Notes: generated by a model not told the origin, from the sequence alone. Shown: positions 50,947 through 61,902, counted from the stretch's first letter. The stretch is DNA of 64,000 nt from an uncultured Trueperaceae bacterium (GCA_963727505.1 CAVSGP010000002.1:256001-320000), one strand, 5' to 3'. Numbers and translations are program-made.

Positions 50947-53900
50947 TCACGACGACCTCGCCTGCTGGAGCCGATCGATCAAGGGCTGCAAGCTCGTGGG
51001 GTCGACATCGTGCGGATCGGCTCGGTAGAGCTCCGCGTCGTAGCGCCCGTCCGCCGTCCCCATGGACACGACCGCGAGCGCCCGCTCCCCCGACGGCCAC
51101 ACGGCGACAGCGGTCTCCGCCGTATTGGCGCCGTCGCGCTGGAGCTCGATGAACATCCGATCCGGGTCGGGGGCAGGCACCCCCGCGTCCCGGAGCGTCT
51201 CCAGGAACGGGAGCCAGCCGGCGTCGAACGCCCGTACGACCTCGAGGGCCTCGCTCCAGAGGGCGGCCGCGGCGGCGGGACCGGCCGGCTGGGTTCCCTC
51301 ACCCCGGCGACTCGGGGCATCGTCCGCCCAGAGCGCTTGGCCGTCATGCAGGAGCTGTTCTTCTCGGACCTCGGGGACGGGCGGGTCGGGGATGATCGCC
51401 GAAGACGCGTCGTAGGGGACGATGTCGGGGGTCACGGCGGCCGCATCGAGGCCGTCGGCGAGCCTCTTGAGCTGTCCTCCGTCGGGCTTGTCGGCGCTCA
51501 GCACGACGCGGTCCCGGGCCCGCGTGAGGGCGACGTAGAGGACGCGCCGGTCCTCGGCCTCCTCGCGCTCCTTCCGGCGGCCTTTCAGGATCGTGTAGAG
51601 GCAGGGCTCCATAGCCTCGCCATCGTCGTCCTCGAGCTTCACCGCGACGCCGATGTCCGGCTCGAGCAGCACCGGAGGCGTCCGGTTGCCGCCGTTGCCG
51701 GCCAGATCGGCGACGATCACCACCGGCCACTCCAGCCCCTTGGCCCGGTGCACCGTCATGAGCGTGACGGCATCATCGGCGTGGAGCAACGGCCGCGGCA
51801 CCTCCACCTCGTTCTGCACCAGGCGCTGCAAGCGACGCGCCACCGCGAAGACGTCCTCGCTACCGTGCTCGAGCTCGCGGATGAGCGCGGCGAACCCACG
51901 CCAGTCCGCCACGCGCCGCCGGGCCCCGGGGAGGTTGGCGAGCACCGCGCCGTACCCGGTGGCCTCGTCCGCTAGCTGCAGCAGTCGACTCGGCGGAAGA
52001 TCGCGCTTGTGAGCGAGCAACGGCCCGAGCACACGGACGGGCCGTTCGAACTTGTGGCTGGCGTCGCTGGGGAGTCGGACCGCGCGTCGCGGCGCCTCTT
52101 CTACAACGCCGGGAGACGTCGCCGCCTCCAACGCCTCCCACCAGGACGCGTCCTTGTCCTTCGCCTGGGCCAGATCGTGCAAGGTCCGGTCGTCGATGGC
52201 GAAGAAGGGGCTGCGCAGCAACGCGACGAGGGCGATGTCGTCCTTCGGGTCGGCCAGGAACCTCAGGAGCGCGAACCCGTCCTTCGCCTCGCGCGTGTCC
52301 AGGAGGCTGCCGCCGCCACTGTGCACGGCCGGCACGCCGAGCGCGGGGAGCACCTCGGCGTAGGTGTCGAAGGGCTTCCAGGTCCGCGCGAGCACGGCGA
52401 TGTCGCCGTACTGCAACGGCCGGTGCGTACCCGTAGCCTTGTCGTGGACCGGCGTGCCGCGCTCGATGAGGTCACCGATGACGTCGCCGATGGTATGCGC
52501 CTCGGCCACCACGCGCTGCGCCCGGTTGGGGCCCTTGACCTTCTCGAGCGGCACGAAGCGCAGGTGGGGCGCGTCCCCAGCGGGCTCGCGCTCCGCCTGG
52601 AGGTCCTGATGGAGGTCCCCCAGGACCGCGGCGAACACCCGGTTGAGGCCCGTCATCAGCGCGCGATGGCTCCGGAAGCTCTGCTCGAGCACGACTTCGT
52701 CACCGCCCGCACCGCGGATGCGCTGGCGGTAGCCGCGGAAGACGCCGACGTCGGCCCCCCGGAAGCCGTAGATGGCCTGCTTCTCGTCACCGACGACCGT
52801 CACGATGGGCCCACGGGCATCCTCGCCAGCCGCCGTCGCGGCCGCCGTCGCGGCCCCCGGCACGTCCCCACCTTCCAGCAGCAGATCGAGGATGCGGGCC
52901 TGCACGGGGTTCGTGTCCTGGAACTCGTCGACCAGGTACGCCTTCCACCTCGCCGCGTAGTGCGTGCGTACCTCGTCGTGCTCCAGCGCCCGGAGGGCGT
53001 GCACTTCGAGGTCGGCGAAGTCCAGCGCCCGGGCGCGACGCTTGGCGTCGTCCAGGTGCGAGCGCACGCTGTGATGGGCCGCACGCAACCAGGGCAGCAT
53101 CGCAGCCAACGCGTCGTCGGCAGGGCCCCAGACGAGGTGCACGCGCCCCTCGCCCGACGCGTCCTTGATGGCCCCCTTGACCGTGCGGAGCGCCTCCCGA
53201 ACCGCTTCGAGCTCGGCCTCGTCCCACGCCTTCTTGCTGCCGGCGTTGGTGCGGAAGCGGCCCACGCACGCCACGGCCAGCTCGGCGTCGCCAGCCTCGA
53301 AGGCCTGCATCGCCGCCAGGCAATCGCGCCGCGCCAGCTCCCCCTTGTCCCCCTCGGCGCCGCCATAGCGCTCGAGCACCGCCCGCCGGCCCGCCCAGTC
53401 GATGGCGGCCATGGCCTCGTCGAACGCCCGGGCTCGCTCGCGCTCGATGAGCTCCCTCCACTCCTCGGGCCCACGGGCAAGCGCCGCCTCGGCGCCGAGC
53501 GGATCCTCGACGAGCACCGGCAGCACCTTGTCGAGCACGCCGAACGGGACCTTCTCCAGCACGTCGGCCGGCAGTTCCGCGAGAGCCTCCTCGAGTCGGT
53601 CCGCCGTCCAGAGCTGGCGCTCGAGGTCCTCGAGGACCGTGAAATCGGCCGGCACTCCGGCGGCTTCGGGGTGATCGCGGCAGATGCGTGCAGCGAGGGC
53701 GTGAAGCGTGCTGATCTGGGCGGCTTCGAGCTCGGCGAGGGCGATGGACCAGGGGACCGCCGGGGCCTCGGGATCGCTGGGAGCTGGGCCCGCCGACGCC
53801 ACGTTGGGCTCACCGGCGCAGAGCCCTGTACCCGCCATCCTCTCGCGGGCGAGGGCACGGATGCGGCCACGCAGCTCGGCCGCCGCCTTCTCGGTGAAGG

Positions 53901-54063
53901 TGACGGCCACGATCTCCAATGGCGACAGTCCCTGACTCAAGTGGTGGAGGTAGCGATGCGCCAGCATGTGGGTCTTGCCGGTGCCGGCTCCCGCGACGAC
54001 CGCGACGGACCCCTGGGCGTGCGCGGCCAACGCCTGATTGGACGTCAATGCAGGACGCGTCAC
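50947..54063 (-). CDS. AddA/RecB-like UvrD helicase lacking a recognisable C-terminal RecB nuclease motif
   Basis: AGAGTGKT, VTFTEKAAAEL, ISTLHA, VDEFQDTN, VGDEKQAIYGFRGA, SFRS, LLRSPFF, MTVHRAKGLEW, LYVALTRAR. GTGA overlap at 54060-54063. Confidence 0.9.
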   Translation of the reverse strand: MTRPALTSNQALAAHAQGSVAVVAGAGTGKTHMLAHRYLHHLSQGLSPLEIVAVTFTEKAAAELRGRIRALARERMAGTGLCAGEPNVASAGPAPSDPEAPAVPWSIALAELEAAQISTLHALAARICRDHPEAAGVPADFTVLEDLERQLWTADRLEEALAELPADVLEKVPFGVLDKVLPVLVEDPLGAEAALARGPEEWRELIERERARAFDEAMAAIDWAGRRAVLERYGGAEGDKGELARRDCLAAMQAFEAGDAELAVACVGRFRTNAGSKKAWDEAELEAVREALRTVKGAIKDASGEGRVHLVWGPADDALAAMLPWLRAAHHSVRSHLDDAKRRARALDFADLEVHALRALEHDEVRTHYAARWKAYLVDEFQDTNPVQARILDLLLEGGDVPGAATAAATAAGEDARGPIVTVVGDEKQAIYGFRGADVGVFRGYRQRIRGAGGDEVVLEQSFRSHRALMTGLNRVFAAVLGDLHQDLQAEREPAGDAPHLRFVPLEKVKGPNRAQRVVAEAHTIGDVIGDLIERGTPVHDKATGTHRPLQYGDIAVLARTWKPFDTYAEVLPALGVPAVHSGGGSLLDTREAKDGFALLRFLADPKDDIALVALLRSPFFAIDDRTLHDLAQAKDKDASWWEALEAATSPGVVEEAPRRAVRLPSDASHKFERPVRVLGPLLAHKRDLPPSRLLQLADEATGYGAVLANLPGARRRVADWRGFAALIRELEHGSEDVFAVARRLQRLVQNEVEVPRPLLHADDAVTLMTVHRAKGLEWPVVIVADLAGNGGNRTPPVLLEPDIGVAVKLEDDDGEAMEPCLYTILKGRRKEREEAEDRRVLYVALTRARDRVVLSADKPDGGQLKRLADGLDAAAVTPDIVPYDASSAIIPDPPVPEVREEQLLHDGQALWADDAPSRRGEGTQPAGPAAAAALWSEALEVVRAFDAGWLPFLETLRDAGVPAPDPDRMFIELQRDGANTAETAVAVWPSGERALAVVSMGTADGRYDAELYRADPHDVDPTSLQPLIDRLQQARSS

Positions 54064-56909
54064 TGCCGGTCGCCCCCCTGGCGCTTGCGCTCGACGCGCG
54101 GTCCCATGCGGCACACCAGGTCGAACGCGCAGTAGCCGCAAGCTTTCTGCTCGAGATCGGGATCGACCGGGTAGGCGCCGGCCTCCAAGTGCCCCTGCAC
54201 CCGCTCGACCAGGGCAGTCAGCTCCCCGTCGTCGATGGTGGCCTCCCCGATGACCTTCGCCTTCGTGAGCGAGTAGTAGTGGGCGCCGGCCACGGGGTCG
54301 CCCGGACGCAGGGCGTGCGCGGCCGTCTCGACGTAGAGCGGAAGCTGCACGTCCAGGTCGGCCTTGCCGCTGCTGCCCTTGGCGCCGTCGGGCTTGCTGG
54401 CCCGCGTCTTGTAGTCGAGCAAGACGAGCCCGTCAGGGCCAAGGTCGACCCTATCGACGATGCCCCTGACCCGAAGGCCGCGCCACGTGCCCTCGAAGCC
54501 CTGTTCGAGCGACACGATCTCGCCGTCGGGCGTGAAGAAGTCCTCGGCCCGCAAGACCCGCCGCAGCACCTCGAGGTGCTGCGGGCGCCGCATGGGCCAC
54601 GAGGCTTGCCGGGGGACCCCTATGTGGGCCTCGGCCTCGGCGAAGGCCGCATCGAGATGCTCGAGGGCCGCCGCCCGGACGTCCTCGGCACCTCGCGCAA
54701 GCGACAGCGCGATCTCGAGAGCACGGTGGTAGATGCTGCCGCGCACGAGCGGGCTGACCTCTTCCTCGGCCTCCTCGAGCTCTCCGAGGCGGAGCCGGCG
54801 CTGCGCGAACCACTTGAAGGCGCACTGACCGAGAGCGGTGAGCTGTGAAGCGCTGAACGTCCAGCGCGCCGGATCGAGCGGCACACCGACCATCCCGTCG
54901 TATTCGTCCCAGGGTTCGCCGCTCTCGCGCCGACGTTCGATCCGCCAGGCCTCGCGAGCGTGGCGCAGGACGGGGTCGTCTTCGGGTGCGTCGACAACGC
55001 TCCGATCAACCGGCGCGGGCCCGCCGTCTTCCTTGCCGCTTCGCAACCACACCGCCCGAGCCTCCGGGAGGCTCGCGGGCGGCTTGAACCCCGCTGAGCC
55101 GGGCTCGAGCCCGAGCGCCGCGAAGAGCGGGCTGGCGACGCGCTCACTGCCGCCGACCAGCTCCGGGTAGGTCAGCGTAGCGCCCTCTTCGGCCGTGTCC
55201 AGCGCGGCCCAGAACGACAGGCGCTCACGTTCCGCGGCCTCCGTTGCGCTCTCGAGAGCGAGTCCGGCGCGTCGAAGGCGCGCACGCTCGAAGAAGTCGA
55301 GCAGCGGGTCGTCGCGCACCGGCGCAGGCGTGAGGCCCTCGGCCATGCCGAGCACGAAGATCTGGCGGTAGCGGGCTCCGAACACGGCCAGAGGCGAGTG
55401 GAGCGCGACCCCAGGAACTTCGGGAGGATCGACGGGCACGCTCAGCGTCGCCAGCAGGTCGTCGAGCTCGGCGAGGAACCCCTCCCGCGAGAGCGTGCCT
55501 TGCTCTGCAGATAGCTCGTTCAGGCCCGCGCGCAGCTTGCGCTCCGCACGGCGGTCGATCGACAGCCGGTCCATCGCCGCCAGGCGGTCGCGAACGCCCA
55601 GCGACGTCAGCGTCCGCTCGAGCTGCTCGATGAAGCCCAGGCGGCTCGCCCTCTCGGGCCAGCCCAGGACCTCGAGCTCGCTTGCCAGCGACGTCCATTC
55701 CGACAGCCCATGGGGATGCCCCTTGCGCGCCTCGGCCCACCGTCCGGCATCCAGCACCCTCGCCAGGGGATGGGCCAGGAGCCGCGCCGAAGGTTCGAAG
55801 GGGAGCTCAGCCCGCAGACACGCCGTCAAGTCCTCGAGCCACGCGCCGAGCCGCGTCTCCCGCAACGCGACGGCGTAGGAGAGCTTGACGGGCAGGCGGT
55901 ACTCGTCGGCAACGGCCCGCACAAGCGGCCCGTAGAGCGCCTCATCGCGGGCGACGAGCGCCACCGCCTCCGGATCCGTACCGCTGCGAAGCAGCGCCTT
56001 GACCTCGGTGAGCACCCACCGGACCTCGTCCTCCTGATCGGCGAAGCGAAGCGCTCGGGCTCCTTCTGGAAGAGCCGGCGAAACCTGCCCCCCTCCGCTG
56101 CCGAGCCCCGCCGCCAGCCGCTCCCCGACGGTGAGCCCAGGCGCGGGCTCCCGTTCCACGGCCCAGCCTCGGGCGGCGAGGTAGGCGGCTGCGTCCTCGC
56201 TGGCGCGGAACGAAGCGTCGTTCGCCAGGGGAAGCACGAACACGCTCCCGGCGCCGGCGAAGGCGTCGAGGAAGCGCAGCTCGCCGAGGCCCACCCGCGG
56301 GTACCCCGCAACGAGCACCGGCCCGGGACGCTCCACGCGCCGGCTCGCGATCCAGAGCAACTCGGCACGATCGACCAGGCTCTCGGCGCGGAGGAGCTCG
56401 CGGTAACGGGTGACGACGGCGAGAACGCGGCCAGCGCGTTCGGAGATGGCAGCGTCAGGTCGTCCGCCGTCGTCAGCGCCCACCGCGCTGGAACCAGCGC
56501 CGGAACCAGCGCCGGAACCAGCAGCGAGCGGCAGGCCGTAGCCGGCACGCAGGATCTCACGCACCGTGGCTCCGTAGTAGCGCACGGTGCCCTCCAGGTC
56601 CTCCGGACGGAGCACGGCGCGCACGGCCTGCCGCAGCAGACGACGTTCCTTGAGCTCCGAGGCCAGCGCCAGGGGAGCCGCGGCGGCCCCCGAGAGCAGG
56701 TACTTCCCGGCGATCCGTTCGATGGAGTGGACGGGGCCCGTCAACCCCAACGCCCGCGCGGCTCGCGCGTTCGGGACGAGCACGTGTTGGAAGCCGCTCA
56801 CGTCAGGAAGGGCGCGGCGCGGGCTGGCCGCGAGGACGACGCGCCGCGCTGCAGGGCCGCCGGTGTTCGGCTGGGGGACGGCGTCGCCCATGTTCGTATC
56901 GTTACGCAT
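54060..56909 (-). CDS. AddB-like inactive helicase scaffold with C-terminal 4Fe-4S PD-(D/E)XK nuclease
   Basis: DQEDEVRWV, IFVLGMAEG, FSASQL..CAFKWF, RGSIYH, RGIVDRVD..LLDYKT, QLPLY, CGYCAFDLVCR. Start uncertain (56909 or 56891). Confidence 0.9.
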   Translation of the reverse strand: MRNDTNMGDAVPQPNTGGPAARRVVLAASPRRALPDVSGFQHVLVPNARAARALGLTGPVHSIERIAGKYLLSGAAAAPLALASELKERRLLRQAVRAVLRPEDLEGTVRYYGATVREILRAGYGLPLAAGSGAGSGAGSSAVGADDGGRPDAAISERAGRVLAVVTRYRELLRAESLVDRAELLWIASRRVERPGPVLVAGYPRVGLGELRFLDAFAGAGSVFVLPLANDASFRASEDAAAYLAARGWAVEREPAPGLTVGERLAAGLGSGGGQVSPALPEGARALRFADQEDEVRWVLTEVKALLRSGTDPEAVALVARDEALYGPLVRAVADEYRLPVKLSYAVALRETRLGAWLEDLTACLRAELPFEPSARLLAHPLARVLDAGRWAEARKGHPHGLSEWTSLASELEVLGWPERASRLGFIEQLERTLTSLGVRDRLAAMDRLSIDRRAERKLRAGLNELSAEQGTLSREGFLAELDDLLATLSVPVDPPEVPGVALHSPLAVFGARYRQIFVLGMAEGLTPAPVRDDPLLDFFERARLRRAGLALESATEAAERERLSFWAALDTAEEGATLTYPELVGGSERVASPLFAALGLEPGSAGFKPPASLPEARAVWLRSGKEDGGPAPVDRSVVDAPEDDPVLRHAREAWRIERRRESGEPWDEYDGMVGVPLDPARWTFSASQLTALGQCAFKWFAQRRLRLGELEEAEEEVSPLVRGSIYHRALEIALSLARGAEDVRAAALEHLDAAFAEAEAHIGVPRQASWPMRRPQHLEVLRRVLRAEDFFTPDGEIVSLEQGFEGTWRGLRVRGIVDRVDLGPDGLVLLDYKTRASKPDGAKGSSGKADLDVQLPLYVETAAHALRPGDPVAGAHYYSLTKAKVIGEATIDDGELTALVERVQGHLEAGAYPVDPDLEQKACGYCAFDLVCRMGPRVERKRQGGDRQ
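56490..56525. repeat. 12-bp tandem repeat x3 encoding a GSGA linker in the AddB-like gene
   Basis: GGAACCAGCGCC GGAACCAGCGCC GGAACCAGCAGC. Confidence 0.85.
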
Positions 56910-59900
56910 TGAGGCTCATCCTGAATGCGGCTCCCGCGCTCGGCCGGCTCCACCAGGAGCTGCACGGGGATGCTCCGCTTGAGGTCGTCGACGTGGCTGA
57001 TCACGCCGACCATGCGGTGGTCCTCCTGCAGCCCCCGGAGGATCTCCACCACTTGCGCCAGCGTGCGCTGGTCGAGACTGCCGAAGCCCTCGTCCACGAA
57101 CAGCGCGCCCAGCTCCGAACCCCCGCTCTGCTGCTGCGCGATCTCGCTCAGGGCCAGCGCCAGCGACAGGCTCGCCATGAAGCCCTCGCCTCCGGAGAGC
57201 GTGCGCACCTCCCGCATCTCGCCGCCACTGGCGTGGTCGCTCACGTCGAGCTCGAGGCCGCGGGAGCTGGCGCTCTCGTCCATGCGCAGGTGCAACGAGT
57301 AGCGCCCGCCGGTCATGTGATGGAGGTGGTGGTTGGCCGTCTGCAGCACCTGGTGGAAGATCGACTGCAGCACGAAGGTCTCGAAGTCCACCCGCGCGCG
57401 GCCGGTGAGCTGACCGTTGGCCGTGTCGGAGAGGCGCTTGGCGGCCGATGCCCGCTCGCGAAGCTCCGCCTGCTCGCGCTCGATCTCCTGGAAGCGGGTC
57501 CATGCCTTCGTCAGGTCGCTGCTCCGCTTCCATGCCTCCGTCCAGCCTTGCTCGGCCTCCCCGAAGGCCGTCTCGGCCTGCTCGTAGGCGGCGGTGAGAA
57601 CATCCAGATCGGGTCGGTCCTTGCCTTCGAGCTTCGCGGCCAGCTCGGTGAGGCGATGGCCTACCGTGGCGACCTCCTGGTCGTAGCTCGTCACCTGCTC
57701 GATCAGCGCTTCGAGGTCGTCCTCCGGCAGCGCGGCGGCCTCGACCTCGTCGCGGTCGGCGAACCCCTCTCGAGCGAGCTTCTGGGCGAAGGCCTCCTGG
57801 AGCCGTTCGAGCGCCTCGTCGGCCGTCGTCGCCTGGCCTTCCAACGTCGTTACCTGCGCCGAGGCGATCTTCTGAGCCTCATGGGCTTGACGGGTCCTCT
57901 CGGCCGCGCCGTCGAACCGCTCCTTCAACGCACGGTGCTCCGCCTCTGCGCCGGACAGTGCCTCCATGAACGCGTCCGGATCCCGGTGCTCTTCCGCCAG
58001 ACCCTGGAGCACAGCGTCGATCGCCGCCTCAGCCGCCCGAAGCTCGCCCCGCGCTCCCTCGGCCGCTCGGTGCGCGTCGGCGAGAGCTTCGCGCCGCTTC
58101 GGGAGGCTCTCGTTCAGCTTCTCGACCTCGGTATCGATGGCCTCGACCCGCTTCGCTGCACGCTTCGCGCTCGACGCGTTCCTCCTCCGCGGCTCGCCGT
58201 GGCGGCCTCGACGGCGTCGCGCTCCGGGACGGACCTCCACCCAACCACGCTGCTCCGCAACCTTCTCCAACGAGGCCTGCAGCGACCGCGCCTTCTCCTT
58301 GTGCACCTCGACAGCAGCCGCCGACGCACCGAAGGTCTCGAACGCGTGCTCCAACGCTTCGATGCCTCCGTCGGCCGCGGCCGGGCTCGGGTGGTGCACG
58401 TTGCCGCACACCGGACAGGGCTCGCCTTCGGCCAACGCGTCGGCGAGGAGGCCCGGCGCATGCTCGCGCACCGCCTGGGTGAAGCTCGCCAGCGGATCCT
58501 CGCCGGCCTCGAGCTCGCGAAGCGCCTGCCTCGACTTCGGCCAACTGCTCCCTGCAGGCCGCGCGATCTCGTCGAGTGCCGCGAGGTCCGCGTCGAGCCG
58601 CGCCACGACCTCGCGAGCCTCCGACGCACCAGCCGCCAGGGGCCGCAGCTCCTTGCGCTCCTCCGCTAGCGCCTTGAGCTGCTGCTCGCTCTCCTGGACC
58701 CGCGCGTCAGCCTCCTCGACGGCCCTCTCCGCAGCCTTCACCGCCTCCGCCAGACCGCTGCGCTGGGCGCGCTTCTGCGCCACGCTGTCGACCTGCGGCT
58801 TCAGCGCCTTGAGGTTCTGGTAGTGCTGCTCGGCCGCGTCGAGATCGCCACGGCGCTCCTCGAGCGTCTCTTGTGCCGCCTGAGCCGACTCCAACTCCGC
58901 CCTGGCCGCCTCAAGCGTTTCCCGTGCACGCGCCACCTGCTCCGCGAGCCTCGCGACTTCCTTGTGCTGCGCCTCGAGGTGCGCCAGGTCGCCCGCAAGC
59001 TTCGCTGCCCGCTGGGCGCGGGCCGCCTGTTCCCGCCACGCGTCGACCTCGCTCGCCTTCGCCTCGAGCTCCTCACGCCGCGTGCGCTGGCGACCCAGCT
59101 CGTCGAAGTCGCCAGCCAGATGCTCGCCGTCCGTCTTCGCCTTGAACGCCGCGTCACGCGCCTTGCCGGCCGCCTTCTTATGCTTCTCGGCGGCCTTCTC
59201 TTCGGAAGCGGCCCTCTCGACGAGCTCCGAGAAGGCGTCGGCGTTCTGGGCCTCGGCACCCTCGAGCAGGGCCGTGCGCTCCTTCTCCTTCGCTTCGATG
59301 GCGCGGCCCAGCTCGGCCGACATCGCCTTGAGCCGTTCGGCCAGCCGCGCGAAGCGCCTCGTCTGGAAGATCGTCGCCAGGATGGAACGCCGCGCCTTGT
59401 GATCGGTCACTACCCTGCGGAAGGCCCCCTGCGGCAGCACCACGGTCTGCCGGAACTGATCCACATCGCAGCGCAGCATCTCCTGGACGGCCGCCGTCAC
59501 GTCCGTGGCCTTGGCGCGCGAGCACCTTGCCGCTATCGAGCTCCTCGAGGCTCCCCTCGGTCTGCTCCGTGAGCGTCCCCTCGCCACGCTTCTTCGCCCG
59601 CTCCTGGGTCGGGAAGCGGGTGACACGGTAGCGCTTGCCGAGGTGCTCGAACTCGAACACCACCTCCGTGCGCGGCCAGTCCTGAGCGATCCTCGATCGC
59701 CGCCTGCTTCAACGTGCTCACGAAGTCCGTGCCGTCACGCTCGCCGCCGCTCGTCGTGCCGAACAACGCGAAACAGATCGCGTCCAGCACGCTGCTCTTG
59801 CCCGACCCCGTGGGGCCGTGGATGAGGAAGAGACCGTGCTCCCCCAACGCCGCGAAGTCCACCGTCTGCTCGGTCCAGAAAGGGCCCGAAGCCCGTCACC

Positions 59901-59920
59901 TCGAGCTTCAGGGGCCTCAC
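56902..59920 (-). CDS. sbcC: SbcC/Rad50-like SMC ATPase with multiple frameshifts
   Basis: MRPLKLEVTGFGPF, IHGPTGSGKSSVLDAI, VLPQG, coiled coil with zinc hook CPVCG (58403-58417), TLSGGEGF, LFVDEGFGSLD, VISH. Spread over several frames. Confidence 0.9.
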
Positions 59921-61073
59921 GCTTCCGCCCCCTCGGGCTCGTCCAGCGCCTCGAGGAGCAGCGATTCCTCCAGCTCGCCCATGTCCTGCTCGAACACGTG
60001 CCGGTAGAACTGGCGGAAGGCGTCCTCCACCCGTAACGTCTTGTAGTCCCCCTCCAGCTTCGGGGCGCGGCTCCGCACCTCGATCGCCGGCTGCTCCAGC
60101 AGCGCGTTCGGATACCACTCGCGCAACCGCGCCACGGCATGCGGGATGGGGTCGCGGTCCGTCACCTTCACCAGGGTGTAGTGCTGACGCTCGGCCTCGT
60201 CCAGAGCCCGCGCCCCGATCACGACCTCCTCGAACGACAGGCCCTCGAGGACGCGCACCTCACGGCTCACCTCGGATGGGAAGACTGCTCGCAGGACGTG
60301 CAGCGGCCGTCCTCCGCGAGCTCCACCAGCGTCACCGACTTCTCGGCGCCCGCCTCGCCGAAGGAGTACGGGTACGGCGACCCGCTGTAGCGAACCTCCC
60401 CCGACGAGCCCAGCTTGCGCGCCCCATGGATGTGCCCCAACGCCACGTACGCGAAGCCCTCGAACGCGCTCACCGGCACCCCGCCGGCGCCTCCCACCTG
60501 GATCGCGTCCTCACCCTCCGGCTCCTCCGTACCCTCCACGAACGCATGCCCCACCAGAACAGCCGGGACGCCGGGCGAACGGGCCTCCCGCACGCGCCCG
60601 AGCACCCACTGCATCGCCCCCGCGTAGTCGAAGGCGCCGAGACCCGGCGACGCATCGCGGAAGGCCGCGTTCACGTGCACGGGCTTGTGGAACGGCACGC
60701 CGAACAGATCGACGCCGGCGATCCGCACGGGCTCGGCACTCGCTCCGAGCGTGTGCACGATGTGCAGGCCCGCGCGCTTCGCCAGACCCGCGTGCAACGA
60801 GATGCGCTCGGCATGGTCGTGGTTCCCGGGAATCACGACCATGGGAATGCCCAGCTCCCCCACGATCCGCTCGACCGTCTCCTCCCACAGCTCCAACGCG
60901 GCCACCTGCGGGATGTGCGTGTCGAACACATCGCCCGCAAGGATGAGTGCGTCAGGGCGCGCGTCGGCAACGAGATCGCCGATACGCGCCAGCGCCTCCC
61001 GCTGCTCCCCGATCAACGAGAAGTCGTGAAGGCGCTTGCCCAGGTGCCAGTCGGCGGTGTGGATGAACCTCAC
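59917..61073 (-). CDS. sbcD: SbcD/Mre11-like nuclease, frameshifted near 60285
   Basis: HTADWHLG, AGDVFD, GNHD, GHAFV, ALGHIH, YSGSPYPYSFGE. C-domain (RLREWYPN, FRQFY) is in the second frame. Confidence 0.92.
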
Positions 61074-61110
61074 GCGATTACCCCATCACATCTGTCGAAA
61101 CGCGATTCCA

Positions 61111-61180
61111 GCGGTGGACCCCATGTGCCGGACAGTCCGGCCTGGTTCCTCGACCGCGTTCATGCGCTCGGCCTCGGCCT
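61111..61180 (+). repeat. Dispersed ~70-bp repeat, copy 1
   Basis: 60/70 identical to 63706-63775. Confidence 0.85.
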
Positions 61181-61284
61181 TGAACCCATCCGGATTGGGT
61201 GCGTTGCTCGCTCTCGTCATGAACACGGTTCCTTCCTGAGCATGCTAGCCCACGCAAACTCGTGTTCACCCAAGCAGGGGAGCC

Positions 61285-61902
61285 TCACCGCGCCGAGCTG
61301 GGTTCGTTCTCCGCAGGCCAACCGAAGCACATCAGCAGCACCGGCGCGAGCGGTGGCGTCAAGCCGAGCACCGACGCCGTCGCCTCGTCCCGGATGCCAC
61401 CAACCAGCACCGCGCCAAGGCCCTGCGCCACCGCCTGCAAGTGAATGTTCTGCGCCGCAGCGCCAGCCTCGATGAAGGTGTAGCGCGCCGCGCGATCACC
61501 GAACACAGCTTGCTCGGCAAAAGCGCGCCCCATCAAAGCAAGATCGGCCGACACTGCAAGGACGCCCGCCGCCGCACCAATCCAGGGTTGATCGCCAATA
61601 GCGGCCTCCTCGAGCGAAGAGACAACGTCTCCACCTCGCAACCGCTCGAAGGTTCTGGCGTCGGGATCGGCGCAGTACAGCCCGGGCGCGAGCCCCTCGA
61701 TGCGGCGCGCCGCGAGCTGCAGGCGTAGCGGGTGCACGTGGTGAGCCGACGGCGCCGCGCGATTGCCGCCATCGTCGGTACGACCCTGCGCCGCTCGCAC
61801 CAGCGCACGAACAGCGTCGGATGGCACGTCCCGGTCGTCGAAAGCCCGGCAAGTGCGGCGCCGGGCGATAGCGTCCTCAAGGAGAATGGATCCCGGCCTC
61901 AC
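61285..61902 (-). CDS. SagB/ThcOx-like nitroreductase family protein
   Basis: IARRRTCRAF, RAAPSA, IEAGAAAQNIHLQA..LGAVLVGG. Leaderless TAGGAT-N6-GTG. Confidence 0.9.
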   Translation of the reverse strand: MRPGSILLEDAIARRRTCRAFDDRDVPSDAVRALVRAAQGRTDDGGNRAAPSAHHVHPLRLQLAARRIEGLAPGLYCADPDARTFERLRGGDVVSSLEEAAIGDQPWIGAAAGVLAVSADLALMGRAFAEQAVFGDRAARYTFIEAGAAAQNIHLQAVAQGLGAVLVGGIRDEATASVLGLTPPLAPVLLMCFGWPAENEPSSAR

